64,000 bases of DNA from Phoronis australis. Its lineage: Eukaryota > Animalia > Phoronida. Below are positions 14,521 to 28,200 of the stretch, one piece after another. The first letter of the stretch is position 1. Each line of letters opens with the position of its first letter. Under the pieces are notes generated by a model, which was not told where the DNA came from, did no database searches, and saw nothing but the letters and a program-made list of their open reading frames with translations. A program made the translations under genes and the position numbers. The DNA lies in assembly GCA_002633005.1 (NCBI GenBank), contig NMRA01000131.1, positions 483,798-547,797 on the forward strand. The letters run 5' to 3'.

Positions 14521-17500
14521 CTCGTCCTTGAATCACAATTGTATCGTTGGCCATTCGTGTTTTACGGGCGGCACTTTTCAGCCAGTGGTTGGAAAGTGCC
14601 GCCCGTAAAACATGTTCGCAAAATACTGGCGTAAAGAAACTTTTCAAGTCCATATTTAACGAGTGTGAATTAAAAGCGTACACCAGGAGCCTGAAATACG
14701 ACCGTAAATTACTAGATAAGCGTGAATTATCAGCGTAATTCACGAGCGTACATCGACGAGCGTTATGGTTATGTAGAGCCCTGGAAAAATGATGAAATTT
14801 GGCTACCTGTTGTGGAACAACTATTATTTCAGAAATGGCTCATTGGATTCACTGATATGGAACTTTCAGATACTATGCTTTGTGCACTGTTCTTCAAAAT
14901 TTTGTTAGGAATTGATATTAAAATGATCCTGGGTTTCGCATGAGAGGCGGGATTTGGTCATCTTATTGATGTTGTTTGGCTACGAACGTAGCTTTCTTTT
15001 TGCTAGATTTCATTAAAGGCATGGTCATAAATACCCAAATGGTTGTAGTTTAGTATACCATCAAAATTTAATTTTTACTGCGTTTCTTCTTTTAGACATT
15101 ATATCCTTCCACTAAGTTAGTATTTTGAAGTTTTGTACATATTTGGCTGAATGTGCAAACTTGTCGATAAGGTCTTGCGTAATCTTGACGCTCACAATAT
15201 TTAGGCTACTCGTTTTACCTCATCGTTTTACCAGCGTGATATCCGAGCGCAATTTGGAGGCGTAATGTTACTGGCGTACAACTTTTTCAAAGCTCAAATG
15301 ACTTGCAACCTAATCTCTCATTATACATAACGATTACTCTCGTAAAACACGGGTGTGAAAAGTGTATTTACGCCCGTAATTTGCGAGCGTAATTTACGTG
15401 CGACAGTTGCCCTCCATCAACCAACGATAAAGTTCCTACGCGTATACAGAATTTTGTAATAACACCGTAACACATATCCTGTGGAATCCCTCAGGTTTCT
15501 CGACAGAGTCTCTATTGTTTGCGGATTGACAGAGCGCCAAAGGATAAAATAGTAAGCAGGGGCTACACCAGGAGGTGAATTGTGCTTCTGACAGTTGATA
15601 GCCAGAGAAATGTTGTTGTTGGATGCAACCCAGTGTTTATACAATCGAGCAATGTTAAGTTGCACCATTCCGTTGATAAATTACAGTAGTCATGTCTACC
15701 CTCACTTTCTCCTCATAGTGTGGCTTATCGTCATTAAACAAGACAGTGTTAATGTAGGTGACCTTCGCGTTGCACTGACAATCCAATACCTGTACACTCC
15801 CCTGCTGAATAATTTCCTTTGAGGTTGTCTAAAAGAGAATGATCTACAGAAACAACCCGCAAACAATAGGAGATCTGAAGGTAAACACTTGTAGGAAAAT
15901 CTGAAAAATTCTCCCGGATATGTGTGACCGCGTTACCACAGATTTCATTGTTTGAGTAATAATTGTGACTCGAAGAAGAGAAGCGCAAACAGAATACGTC
16001 ATTGATTATTTTAGTGCTAGGAATAGTGACAAAAAGTGTGAATATCAAGATGAAACAAAAATACTTAATTTTGTGACATATTTTGAAGAGAAAATTAAAA
16101 GTATATAAACACAAAACATTTTGATACCAGCTGTATTTCGACAAATGGTCAAGGTATGCGTTCCACTACCCATGAACTTCGCCAAAAAGCCAAAAAGCAG
16201 GATTACGCAACACCTCGCAAAATCTGGCAGGTGAAAGGTATAGGCGACTATGCTAGAGACATTAATAGCGCAACCTAGTGAAGTGGCGGCCGAAGTGATT
16301 TATCGGTGTATTTGAAATGTTGAATTATGTTTCCGTTCCATGAGCGAAGATATCTGGCTGCACGTCCAAAGCTAATGTTTTGTGGACTGATTTGTGTTTG
16401 GTTGGGCAATATGTTTTGCATTCGTTGTTCTTGTAGGAGAAGAATGACAGGTCACTCAATATTCCCCAATGTTCACGACAAGAAACCTGATTTTTCATAT
16501 TTCTATATAAATTCTAAAATGTTTCGAGGCATTTGTATTTCATCTAACTTCGAATTAGGAATTATTATGTCTCTGACATATTTTCATCATTCAATGGTCG
16601 ACTGACCACTACATTTTTGTAAATGCGAGGTCACGTGATTTGCATCTTAATTAATTGACCTTGAATAAAATTTTGTGAGACTATAGATACAGATTAAAAT
16701 AACGTTATAAACCCTCAAACATACCGGGGTGTACGCATATTTTTTTCTCATTGTCGAATTTTTATATTAACAAGAATAGGATGAAACGTGGAAAATATCA
16801 TGACGCGTTTTCACCTTTTTATTGACTGTGAAACGTTAACAAAACGATTACTAAAATACTAGTCACAAAACTTACCTGTGTTTCTTGTAATACTCCAACA
16901 AAGTTTGTAGTTTAGGAATAGTTTACGTTTGTTCCAATTATGTATTAGTACTGTCAGGCAAACCACCATGTAAATGTACAGCCCGGTAAGAACAGGGATA
17001 AACTGTTACAGCAACATCGCAGACCAGATTAATAATATCCCTCAGAGTACAGCACAAGACTAGTACACGAACATACAGTAAAGTGTCGGGTCAACTAATA
17101 TTATTTTTAGTCAGCAAGGGGAAGGGTTTTTACCTTGCTTTGACCTTGTCTAGGGAAATTTCTCCAAGCATATTCCACGATGCGGGGTTTCAGTTTGAAG
17201 AAGGTTTAGAAGTAAGATGAGGTTAGTTTGAAGCCGTGCGCACGAGTTACAAACAGAGAGTTTGAAGACAGAGTTGAGACTGCCGACAGGTTTAGGGTTA
17301 CGGTTAGCACAACCAATTTAATTTCACTCAAAACTGATCGAATGTCAAAAGAAACGTTGCTTGAGTTCACCTGGTGTATGCAAACGCTGGGTCGACTGCA
17401 CGAAAACAGGTTGCATAATTAGAACAGTGTAACATGTCAGTGAACTTCAAAGAATAAAAGGCTTTTCGTCTTTTGTTTGTTTTTTTATGTAAAAATAAGC

Positions 17501-17979
17501 GTTCTAATTAAATGTGATAAAAGAACGGACCGCACACATTTCATAACTTGTTTGAAAGTGAATTTTCACTGCGGGTAACTTGATTTATTCCAGTCTGAAA
17601 TTTGCTATCGGGTTTGATCTAATAAGCGTGCGTGGATCTTTAGATGTTTGTGTGTTTGTATTTTTGTCCACTTTTTGTGCTTTTCTTTTGAATAGTTGTT
17701 GTAGTGTCGTAGAAAGCGGGGGTAGAGCGAACGACACGTGGTCCCAATAATTTTCAGGGGCCAAATTTTAATGACGACATCGGCGTCTTAGACGAGAGTA
17801 CTAGAGAAGCACCCAGATTGAGGCAAAATGAGCACAGAAAAATATAGCGAAACTGGCATACCAGAAGAGAGATGGACTGAGATTAACGTTTTAACTGGGA
17901 AATAGACATAATTGGAATCACTTTCTAATGAACAACCAAAATTGTAAGACTGTTTTGATTCGCTGAGTGGTTGCAAAAA

Positions 17980-18600
17980 TGATTGGTTGGTTGATTGATT
18001 GGTCGTTGTTTGGTTGATTATATCCGGTTATACACTCATATAAATAAATCGCGGTAAAGATGAAACATGATAACAACTAAATAAGACAGAAATGGTAAGA
18101 CATAAAAAAGTAAGTTGCGTGCTACCACGACAGCACTAGAAAGTGAGACACTTATTTCCGTGCTGATCCCTTACAAATAAGATACAGAGTGAAAAGGTTC
18201 GAAGGTGGACAAAAGTATACAAAGCACTGATATTAAAATGAAAATGTGCCCTGACATAAACAGAAAGATTGAACAGAATCGAAAATTTAGCAAACTTTAG
18301 TACTTTTTCAGTTGCACAAAGACAGAATACCCGAAGATGTTACTATGTCCAAGATGTCGACATCTTCATTCTAAGAGTTATGCGAATGTTTTTGAAGATC
18401 GTTAATTGGAAAGTATTGTTTATGAATAAGTTGATTCTTGCCATGCAGGCGACAATGTCGTGAATTTCTATGTCCTCACAGTATTGACAATCGTAAACAA
18501 AAATCTTCGATTTTTAAAGATTATTTCACAAGCGTAGCCGACTTTCAATAAAATGCACCAGACTTCACAATAACATGCATAAACTCTGATAGGGAGGGCC
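17980..18600 (-). mobile_element. Degraded 3' end of a CR1/L2-like LINE
   Basis: On - strand a decayed coding-like stretch is followed by a 3' UTR ending in an (AATC/AACC)n microsatellite tail, as in CR1/L2 LINEs. Confidence 0.35.
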
Positions 18601-19199
18601 CTAAACACCTCGTGAAATACTCCTTCTCACCTGCTCCTGTGTTTGTTATGTATCTGGTTGTGCACCTGTCTTCTGAACTCAGCTATAACCGGCAAAAAAG
18701 ATAAAAAGCGCGTTGTATGTGCCGCTAGTTTTTATATTAGGTTACTTTGTTTGCGACGACTATTTAGTTTTTATATCCTAGGACGGTTCGTTTGTTTGTG
18801 ACTAACTTGTTTGTATATCTACATAGTTGGACAGCAATTCTAATTCGAATATGATTCTTCGTAAGAAATTGGAGTTCCAGTGAATTTTGATTCGGGGTGA
18901 AATTTTAAAAAAATGTTGATCGCTCGACTTCGGGAGATATGGGTGGCAAATGATTTGCCATCCCCATCTCCCGCGGTTACTCGATTATACATCGACGGGA
19001 GTGCAGCTGGTAAACAAGGATATGCGTCCATTTAGAGATTGGAGCCCAAAAAGAGACTAATCTGTAGGAAATCTTCCGTGAAAAAAGAGATCATTTCGTA
19101 GAGTTCTGTTCCAGAAATATCATCGTTTGAGTTTTGTAAAGCTAATCCTTTCGTTGGGATTAGGTAGCTGAATTTTTAAACTTGAAAAAGTACAAAAGC

Positions 19200-20280
19200 C
19201 GAGGCTATGTTCTCAAAAATGCGTGCATCCTTGGCAACTTTTCAAGATATGGATAGTATCAGGAAGAGATAGTATCAAAGAAATCTTCTGTAGATTTGTG
19301 CAGTTGGAGAAAAGAATATTTTTTATGGTTTCAAACTCCCAAAGTTAATCCTTTGGGAGGGAATTAAATCGGAAAAGCAACCTTTCGTAAGGAAACTGGA
19401 TGTGAAAAAGTCGCTTTTCCGTGCAGCACGTCTCGTATACCTCTTCTCTGGGAGGAACATTCCAGATGCGCCTATGGTGAACGCAGACGGGGTGAGAAAT
19501 TGGCGACGATAGCGGAAGAGTTTCACAAAGGCATACTATATATTAATGAAAATATTTTAAGTTACAGATTATCAGAGATGTTTTAGGTACCAAAATTACC
19601 TCTATGGAGTACAATAATCTTGTTTCAGTAGTTGTTAAGTGTCAGTGGTATTGTAAAAGTTGTAAACGTTGATGCTTATTGTTCTGTGATGCTAACTTTT
19701 TTAATGAAATTGAGAAGTGGTGGGAGGGGTGTCGACATATCTGGGCCCAACTTAATTACTGTTTTGAAGTTTCAAAGGCGGAGTCAAAATGGTCCAAAGA
19801 ACTGAACGTAAATATAGATACTTGTGGTGATATTTACTACGCCTTATACAACACAACAAGAGACACTAGACTTATGTGGTTCCAGTTTAAGCTGTTAAAT
19901 AGAATTCTAGCTACGAATTCCTTTTTAAAAGTAATTCCAAGTTACAAATGACGATTCTTGCTTGTTTTGTGGACAGTCTACAGAAACTTTGAAGCACTTA
20001 TTTTGGGACTGTGAAACAGTGGACTTTTAGACAAAGGCAAATAATGAATTTTTAAACAAAGTAAATCCTTCGACACACTCTCCTACAACGCTATTATCAT
20101 AGGGTTTTGTGACAAAAAAAAACTTTTAAGAACATTGTACTATTGAGTAAACAGTTCATTATTGTCAGAAGTTTGCTTCGAGAAGACTGCTTATGAGCGC
20201 CTTTGTCAAGTCCACCGAACAATAATATTTAAGTGAAAATATAGTGTAAAAATATTTAAAAAATAAAAAGCGTAATGGGA
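19200..20280 (+). mobile_element. Degraded L1/Tx1-clade LINE, ORF2 C-terminal zf-RVT region
   Basis: WSKELN...TTRDTRLMWFQFKLLNRILATNSFL, then after a frameshift DSCLFCGQSTETLKHLFWDC (CxxC...H...C zinc knuckle of L1/Tx1 ORF2); 5' limit approximate. Confidence 0.8.
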
Positions 20281-22431
20281 GAACAATAAAACAGATGGTG
20301 ATGCACTGTTCAAGTGTGAGGGTTCTCGTGAAGTTGAAAATAAGCATACATAGGGTGGATCAACAATTATATAACAATACACACGCGTGGAATAACCCAA
20401 GAAGCTTTTCAAGCATACTGTGGTACAACTTACTCAGTTTTCTGTCAAAAACGCTCGAGTTAGATAACTAACCTTTTTAAAATGGTTTGGGATCTTAGAT
20501 TTCTTTCTCAGTTTAGAAATCTATTGCTTCAGACCAAGTTCAATAAATTTCAGGTCACGGCGTGAACGTTTCAGCTCTAAGATCGAAAGTTTGGATTACT
20601 GACTGACACGCTGGGTGAGTTGCAATCAATTTCACTTGTGACTAAGGCGGCAAGAATGCAATAATGTCGTTTTGGTGGTATTGGTTGTAAATGAACTGAC
20701 AGGAGAACAAAAGATAACAAACAATTACTTTTAATCTTCAGCAGAGTTTTCTTGGCCTTAAGGTTGACAACGAAGAAGGATCAAGCAAATATCGTCCAAT
20801 AAATTATCAGACACAAATAATATCCAAACCATTTGAATCTCTAATGCCACAGAATCCCAAAGGGAATGATTGGTCAGTAAAGTAGATTTGAAACGTAAAT
20901 AGGCGCGTAGATTTAATTCCAGGTATCCATACACTTCAAATATAGGTGCATGAGCCTGGATATACCCATATGTGTTAATTATTTCGCATATCACTGCCAA
21001 AAAAATGGTCAGGGTCCTCAGAAGGTGAACGGTTCGGCTCAGCAGATAAACAGATGCCCGCTAGGTGGAGACATGTTACTTACTCTTCAGCATATGAAAA
21101 CCATTTATGCGAAACAATAATGGAGTCTTCATGTTCCATAAACAAAGAAGTTGTGGAAAACTCTTCAAGTTCTGAAATCGAAAAGGTAGTTGCCATCTGT
21201 TTTGCGTTGATATGGAATAATTACAGTACGCCACGCATTTTATTTGTCTAAGTTCCTCAGATTTACTGTACTTTCATTGGAATCTGACGCGTAGGTTTCT
21301 CTTCCGGCATCTGCCATTCACCGACACTAGACTAGCGAGGACAGCATTCTTCAGCGAATCGCTTCGCGTATCTGTCACCGTGTTAAATTCGCTCACTACA
21401 ATCGGCAAAAAATAACTCAAAAATGTAATAAATGTGAATAAAAATTATTGCAAACTATGAAAGAATATATTGTTTTACTTATCTGATAATCTTTTTTTGT
21501 CGCAAAATTCGTTTAATAATACTTTGCACGAGTTTTCTGCAGGGACGTGACCGATTTTTCAGACCAAAATGGATGCCGGTAAAAATGAGTGCTATTTGGT
21601 TTTCAACCCAGGAGAAGACTAAACTCGCGAATTTTTACGTGAAACTTCGTGAAAGAACAAAAGGGAGTCTTGCGAACACGATTATGTAAGTAGTTTTCAC
21701 TTTCCTGCACTTAAAAGTTGAAAAAGTCGCCTGTTCCCGCGACCTTCAACTTCGAGCTGAATTTATTGGTATATAGAATAATTTGCGAATGTAATGAACT
21801 GTATTCCGCCCTAAAGGGTTCATTAGTGAACTATTTCAAACACTTGTTCTAAACGAACATTTCGTCAATTTCTGACAATCGGGCGAATTTCTGACTCACT
21901 TCGTAGTTCCGGGTACTGCCGCTAGGGGTGGTCCTGTGAATCGCGTTGAATGTTTGGTTTTTTTACTGAAGCACTTCAACTTTTGCTGATGAAAACTCAA
22001 TGTAAAAGAGAACTAAACAGTCATTTCTCGTAGTGAGAACAATGATTCTTATATTTAAGTTTTTTTTTTACTATTTTGCTTCACATTTTTGTTGGTCAAG
22101 CCACTGATAGACTTGGGTTGGCTTGCTGCCAGAGAGGTCCACACCCATCTTGCCTTGTTGGTCTTGACATTTTATTCAGAATATGTCAAGATAGAAAATG
22201 AAAATGTTTTAATTTTAGATTAAACAAATATTACAAATGTACAGTTCTACTGCAGTCCTGTGTTTCCAAGACTTTTTGGTCCACTACTTTGAAACATACA
22301 TGCTTTCGATAAACTTTTTTTCTGACCACGGGCCAGTATATATAGTTTTTAACGGAACAATTGAGGTTTGCCTAGACTGTTCATAAATCTCACCCTGATC
22401 TTTATCCTCCAGGTAAGCTTTGTTGGAATTT

Positions 22432-22528
22432 NNNNNNNNNNNNNNNNNNNNNNNNNNNNNNNNNNNNNNNNNNNNNNNNNNNNNNNNNNNNNNNNNNNNN
22501 NNNNNNNNNNNNNNNNNNNNNNNNNNNN
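22432..22528. other. Assembly gap (97 N)
   Basis: Run of N. Confidence 1.
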
Positions 22529-23824
22529 TGCCTTGAGAACTTTATTTATCTGTCCATCATAAATTCTTTTTTGTGTTCATATCACTTGAGACAATTTTAG
22601 GATTATGAATATTCCAGTTGTTGGTTTTATAGCATGAACATTCCTGGATGGCTCATGACAGGGTCTTCATTTTATTACATTGTTGTGGAAAGTTTATGTA
22701 AAAGTTTTATTTATTATATGTCTTTCAGAAGCTTGTATTAAAATGTTCTATATATCATACTTGTCATCAATACATTTTTGAAATGATGTTTGTTTATCTT
22801 TGATTTTTACTTAATGTAATTGAGTGACAAAGTTAAGCCGGTTGCAAACAGCATGATTGTTAAAAACAATATCACAAATAATATTAATAATTTGCTCAAC
22901 CAATTATCAAGTTTCAACTTTCCTGATGAAAAATCTTTAAAATGATACCTTATTTGTTTTTTTTTCCTGGAGTAATTGTTATTTTATGAAAATTCGAAAT
23001 CGCAAAATTGTACGTAGTGACTTCTCTTTGTCGGCTGTGTTGACTTTAAGGTCAATATCTTCGCACAGGAACGTCTAATCGAAATGTTTTTTTTTGGCAA
23101 ATTATTCATCATAAAAAGTTCTTTAAAATGATGTATTACATGTCTATTTACGTTTCTTAGTTTTGAAATAATAATATTTTGAACTCGCAGATTCGATTTG
23201 ACAGAATTTTTACAAAAAATTTTGACACGAAAATGACATTTTCTCCGGAACCATAAGTCCAATTTAAAAAATTTTACTATCGTTATTTTAGTCTCGAAAA
23301 GAGCTTTCTAATGATGTATGTTACATGCACATTTTCTGAAATTTTTGAAAAATGCTGTTCTCCCTAACTAGACTGACTAGAGTCTAGATTCACTGATCAG
23401 TCAATAAATCACTCACGAGGGTTCAGATGTCGCCGCGACTTGGTGTTGCACCTCACCATTGATACTATGAAAAAAGGATTAGTAAATGTACATAATTCTC
23501 ATCTTGTTGTTGTAAAGGCGGCCTGTGCCTGTGGTAATCATTGCTGTGCATCAAACTTCGAAGTGACTGTGGTGTAGATGGTAAATGTGCCAGTTCCAGA
23601 TTACTACTAGTGCCGCTAGTAATGAGCGATTACTGTGTCTCACCTTTCTCTATAAGTATAGTAACAATGCTTTCTAGGCAAATTCTATACTTTCCTCGTG
23701 ACGTTATTTATGCAACAGTGTTGCACAAATCCCCTGAACTCGATTCTCTTGAGTAGTGACGTCAAATTTGAAGGTAAGAGAATGCACGCCATGTACATGT
23801 CCAAGCTGCTGACGGAAACGGTGT

Positions 23825-24405
23825 TTGTATGGATGACAATTATCCGTCTAGACCACGCGTTCTCTGAGTAATTTAAAGCGCGTGATCATATGGATGAAAA
23901 TTGTCTGCCCAACCATAAGCGTTCTGTGACTCGAGCAATATCAGGTGGGGTCAGTACGGATGAAAATCAACAGCCCCGACCATCCTCTCTAAGTCATTTA
24001 AAGCACCTGGTCGTAGGGAGAAAAATAATCCACCTGGACCATGCGTTCTCTAAGTCATTTAAAGGCCTAATATGGTGCCAAAATGAACATCTGTTACGTG
24101 ATGTGGCTTCCGAGTAATTTCGTGACCACGATGATGTCATATAAACTTCTTTAAGCTGATTGTTTGAGAATTTTTTTTAGGGCGCTCAAAGGGGCTACGA
24201 ATTATGAGCGGTGTAATTTGCGTTGCAATTAATTACTTTCTGTGGTATGTAAGAAGCAAAAGGGCAATATTTTTATGAACAATACTTGCATTTCTGGTGT
24301 CAAAAAGGTGTTTTAGCCGCTGAATTCTGTCTTTAAAGCGGGTGGTTGCGTGGACGAAAATTGTTGCTCGACTATAAGCGTTCTGTGACTCAAGCAAAAT
24401 AGCTT
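23825..24405. repeat. Degenerate tandem repeat, about 60-bp unit, upstream of the putative PHF10 first exon
   Basis: Recurring ggatgaaaat...gacca(taa)gcgttct(c/g)t(g/a)agtcatttaaagc. Confidence 0.65.
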
Positions 24406-24419
24406 CGGGTCGGTAGTTG

Positions 24420-24469
24420 TAATCCACTGGTGGCGCAACAATACAACCACATTCAAACATGGCAACTGC
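24420..24469 (+). promoter_or_regulatory. PHF10: Putative PHF10 first exon / TSS region
   Basis: YY1-like AAACATGGC followed by strong donor GTAAGT at 24470; CTCF-like ccactggtggcgc just upstream. Confidence 0.45.
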
Positions 24470-25227
24470 GTAAGTTAATCGAGTTCGGAAATTTTGTTGG
24501 TATTTCTACTGCATATTGAAAGTTAGGAGAATTTTTGACACCACAAGATAGAAAAACACAGCCATATTTTATCTGCTAATTGAAACCGACCCACATATGT
24601 TAGTTTATATGAGGAAAAATCCAGGACTTCGGGACCCATGTTAGTCACTCATATCCTAAAGTGTACTGGCCTGGTAGAAAATCTTTTCTTCCAGTTCCAT
24701 ATCCTGCAATAAAACAGCTGAATAACCTTGTGCTTGTGGTTCCTTTTGACTGCAGTGCTCTTGGCGGTGTTGAAAAACTCACCACTAGATTCTCTTAGTC
24801 CAGCCAGGAATCCAGCTGGTGTTGGCATCTTATGGATCTCCACTTCTCAAAATTTAAAGAGGGTAAAAACCATGGTAGGCTGAGTTGGGTACTCATGCAC
24901 TAACATCCAAACACTATCAAAAGGGATTGTCTCTTTATATTGGGGGTTTTAGGCGGGCCATCGAAAGATTTTTTCAGTAAAATTTAGAGCTTGTTTCCTG
25001 CATTTTAGAAAATCATTTTGTTCAAATAATTCATTGCACGAATGAGCACTTGAAATCTGCTCAGTAAAAACATGATTCCTTTTAATCTAAACTGTTGCCA
25101 TTAATCTTGGCACTGTAAAGTAAAGAATTTTTCGTTCTGATTTACTATACTTACCATTATCAACTTGGTCTGCTGTTTCTTAGTCAAAATGATCTTCAAA
25201 ACAACTGACAGTTTGTTGTTTTTTCAG

Positions 25228-25248
25228 ACTAAGCTCATAAAATGTCAG
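25228..25248 (+). CDS. PHF10: PHF10 putative 21-nt exon containing ATG TCA G
   Basis: ttttttcag acceptor, gtaaca donor; in frame only if the 25488 acceptor is used. Confidence 0.4.
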
Positions 25249-28200
25249 GTAACAGAAATTTGTGAACTTTGTCTAAAGAAATAAGCCATCAGTTCTTTCC
25301 AAGCCAAAAGGTCATTTCTAAATTGAGTAAAGAACAAGAGTCTCTTGCTATTCTATTGGAAGGACTGATTTTCAATCATGAAAAACCCATCTTTGGTGCT
25401 CAGCTATGTCTGGTTCCTATAACCTCTTCGTTGGATATTGCCAGAAATTGGGAAAATAACTTTATATTCTGTTTTAGAGTTTGCCAGATCCTGAACAACT
25501 TAAGATGGTCGAAGAGGTTAGAGACGTTGATACAGCTCAACAATACGTTAGTGATGATGGCTCTGTTAAAGTGAATGAGATTGTTTATGGTGATCTGATG
25601 GACAACATCCAGTGTAAAAAATCTGATGCTGGGAGTTGCACTGCAGATGGAGATAATAATGATATGGGCGTTTTAGATACACAAACTGTTCATACAGAAC
25701 TTAGTACAGCTACGGTGTCTAGTCTTAGTTCTGGCGTGGAACCAATCACATGTAGTGAGAAACCTTCAATTCCTGAATGTAATGTGTCAGACACCCCAGG
25801 AATTACACCGTCCGCAGCTGATAACAGTTCAAAGAGCCAAGAATCTGATGTCGAAATGACTGAACATTTTTCAAAAGATGACCACAGTTCTATTTTGAGC
25901 TGTCATGCTGCAGATCACGAAAGTATTGGTGAGTGCACGCAGGAATCCATCCCTTCTGAAAATATGTCAAAAGAAAGTGTCATATCCGAAGTTATCAGAA
26001 CAGTGTCGGAACTCGAGCCGTGTTTGGATCCAGAGTCCAGTGAGCTCAGGGAATCAAATACTGAAATCAGTGAGTCTAGTGTAGATGAGTCAGTGAGTGA
26101 AAACGCCAGTGACGTCTTAGAAAATGCCAGTGATGTCTTGGAAACTGCCAGTGATGTCTTAGAAAATGCAAGTGATGTCTTGGAAACTGCCAGTGATGTC
26201 TTAGAAAATGCCAGTGATGTCTTAGAAAACACCAGTGATGTCATTGAAACTGGTCAGTCAGAAGTGATGAGTGTAGATTCAGCAGACCAAGGGAGCATGG
26301 CAGAAAGTGAAAGTCGAAATATTGATGAAACCACTGAGAAAGTAGTGGAAGAAAAGAACGAAGAAGATGATAAAGAGGAGGATATACCACTTGAATTGTA
26401 TGTGATGGGATGTGATGCAGGGTACATCTGTGCATGTGGCGTGATATGACACAGGGTACATCTGTGCATGTGGAGTGATGTGACGTAGGGTATATCTGTA
26501 TGTGTGGAGTGATATGAGAGAGGGTATATATGTCTGTGTGGAGTGATATGAGAGAGGGTATATATGTCTATGTGGAGTGATATGAGAGAGGGTATATATG
26601 TCTGTGTGGAGTGATATGAGAGAGGGTATATATGTCTGTGTGGAGTGATATGAGAGAGGGTATATATGTCTGTGTGGAGTGATATGAGAGAGGGTATATA
26701 TGTCTGTGTGGAGTGATATGAGAGAGGGTATATCTGTATGTACGCATGTGGAAATTAGCTTAGTGTGTCCAGAATTTGATTCACTTTCTTTACCAGCATT
26801 CTGTTAGGTTCATGCCTGCCTTAAGTACATTCATTTGTTTTCTACTGAACTTTCCAAAATAGCCCAGAACCCATTCCTGATAAATAGGCCTGGGAATCTG
26901 TTTATTAAATTGAGTAAAAAAATCATGTTTTACCCCTACTTTTAATCGGTGTGAATGTATTTTATAAATTTATGTATTTGATAAATTTAACGTTTTACAA
27001 ATACAGAACTAAATCTTACTGAATGTACTGTTTGACTACTTCAGACAAGAGTTCCCAGCGGAGAGACTGTTTGAATACCAGTGGCCGCAAGATAAGTCAG
27101 GAGAGTTGTACATGATTCAGGAGCAAGTCAGTGAATACCTTAATGTGCTCTCATTCAAGAGGAAGTACCCAGGTTAGTAAAGTGGGTGTGGCCAATACAT
27201 GTCCTTCATTTCTATGGGTTGTGAGGGCACAAAAATATCCTTCACTTGAACCAGTTTTAAATTCTGGTGTGCAAAACGGATCTAGTTGACAAACGTGAAA
27301 TACAATTTCTTTCATTCACAGACATTTTACGGCATTAAAGCTCCGTGCAGTGTCGTATTTGAAAATCGCTGATATGGGGTGGAACCCTTTGTTTTCGTTT
27401 TGTTGTTTTTTACGGCAAGTTAGCATTCCTAAATACGATAAATCCAAATAAAGAATGGAGTTCAAAGGAACGATTCACTGCCTCTGATGAGTTGATCTAT
27501 TCCAGTTTAAAGTTTTCAGCTTGATCTCATCAATGCTGCATGGGACATTTCGATAAAGTTATCTGAATTACCTATCAGCTCTGCCTCTGTAATTTGATGA
27601 CATGAAGGATTCGATGAAGAATGTATTAAATTCTAATGCATTATCTCCTTCGACAAACACGTGAACTGTTGGCATTTGCCTACACTTTCTAACGCAGGGG
27701 TCCGATAGACCCACCTTACAAAATGTTTGAGGTCCATTTCAATTTTTTTGAGGTCTGTGTAAACAGTCCAGGAGTGTTTACAGCAACACAGAATGATGAG
27801 TTGAATATTTTGTAACTTTTATCATTGGAACATATGAGAAGAAACCTAAGAAATGAAACTGGTAGTTTTTATTCAGTCTTTAGTTTTATTGGTTACAACT
27901 TATCAAGACGCACTTATTATCTCAACATGCCTCTTTGACATCATTGTATCAAATGCGCACATAAATGCAACTGTAGGCGACAACTGCGCCATCTAGCTAC
28001 AGAATGCATTTCATTATGCCACGACTATATTCCCGTAAAATAGCTTGAGTTGTTATTTCACTTGAAAAAAGTAGCTTTTGTTTAATATTCTTTAGATCTC
28101 CAACGGCGCCCTCTAGAGTATGCTGAGCGCAACTTCCTGCGTGATCGTGGTATCGTCTCAGAAATGCAATGTGATTTGGGTCTGAATGCACTGAAAAGTG

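Noticed and set aside
20758-21320. Possible decayed transposon-associated (SWIM-like) coding remnant on - strand
   Set aside because: Multiple stops, no intact Cys/His motif; resemblance too weak
25280-25345. Similar peptides in ORFs 25269+ and 49222+ (FFxSQxxISKLSKE)
   Set aside because: Short interspersed repeat shared by two introns, not a protein family
25915-26244. 109-aa - strand ORF with SKTSLAF repeats
   Set aside because: Antisense shadow of the PHF10 coding repeat
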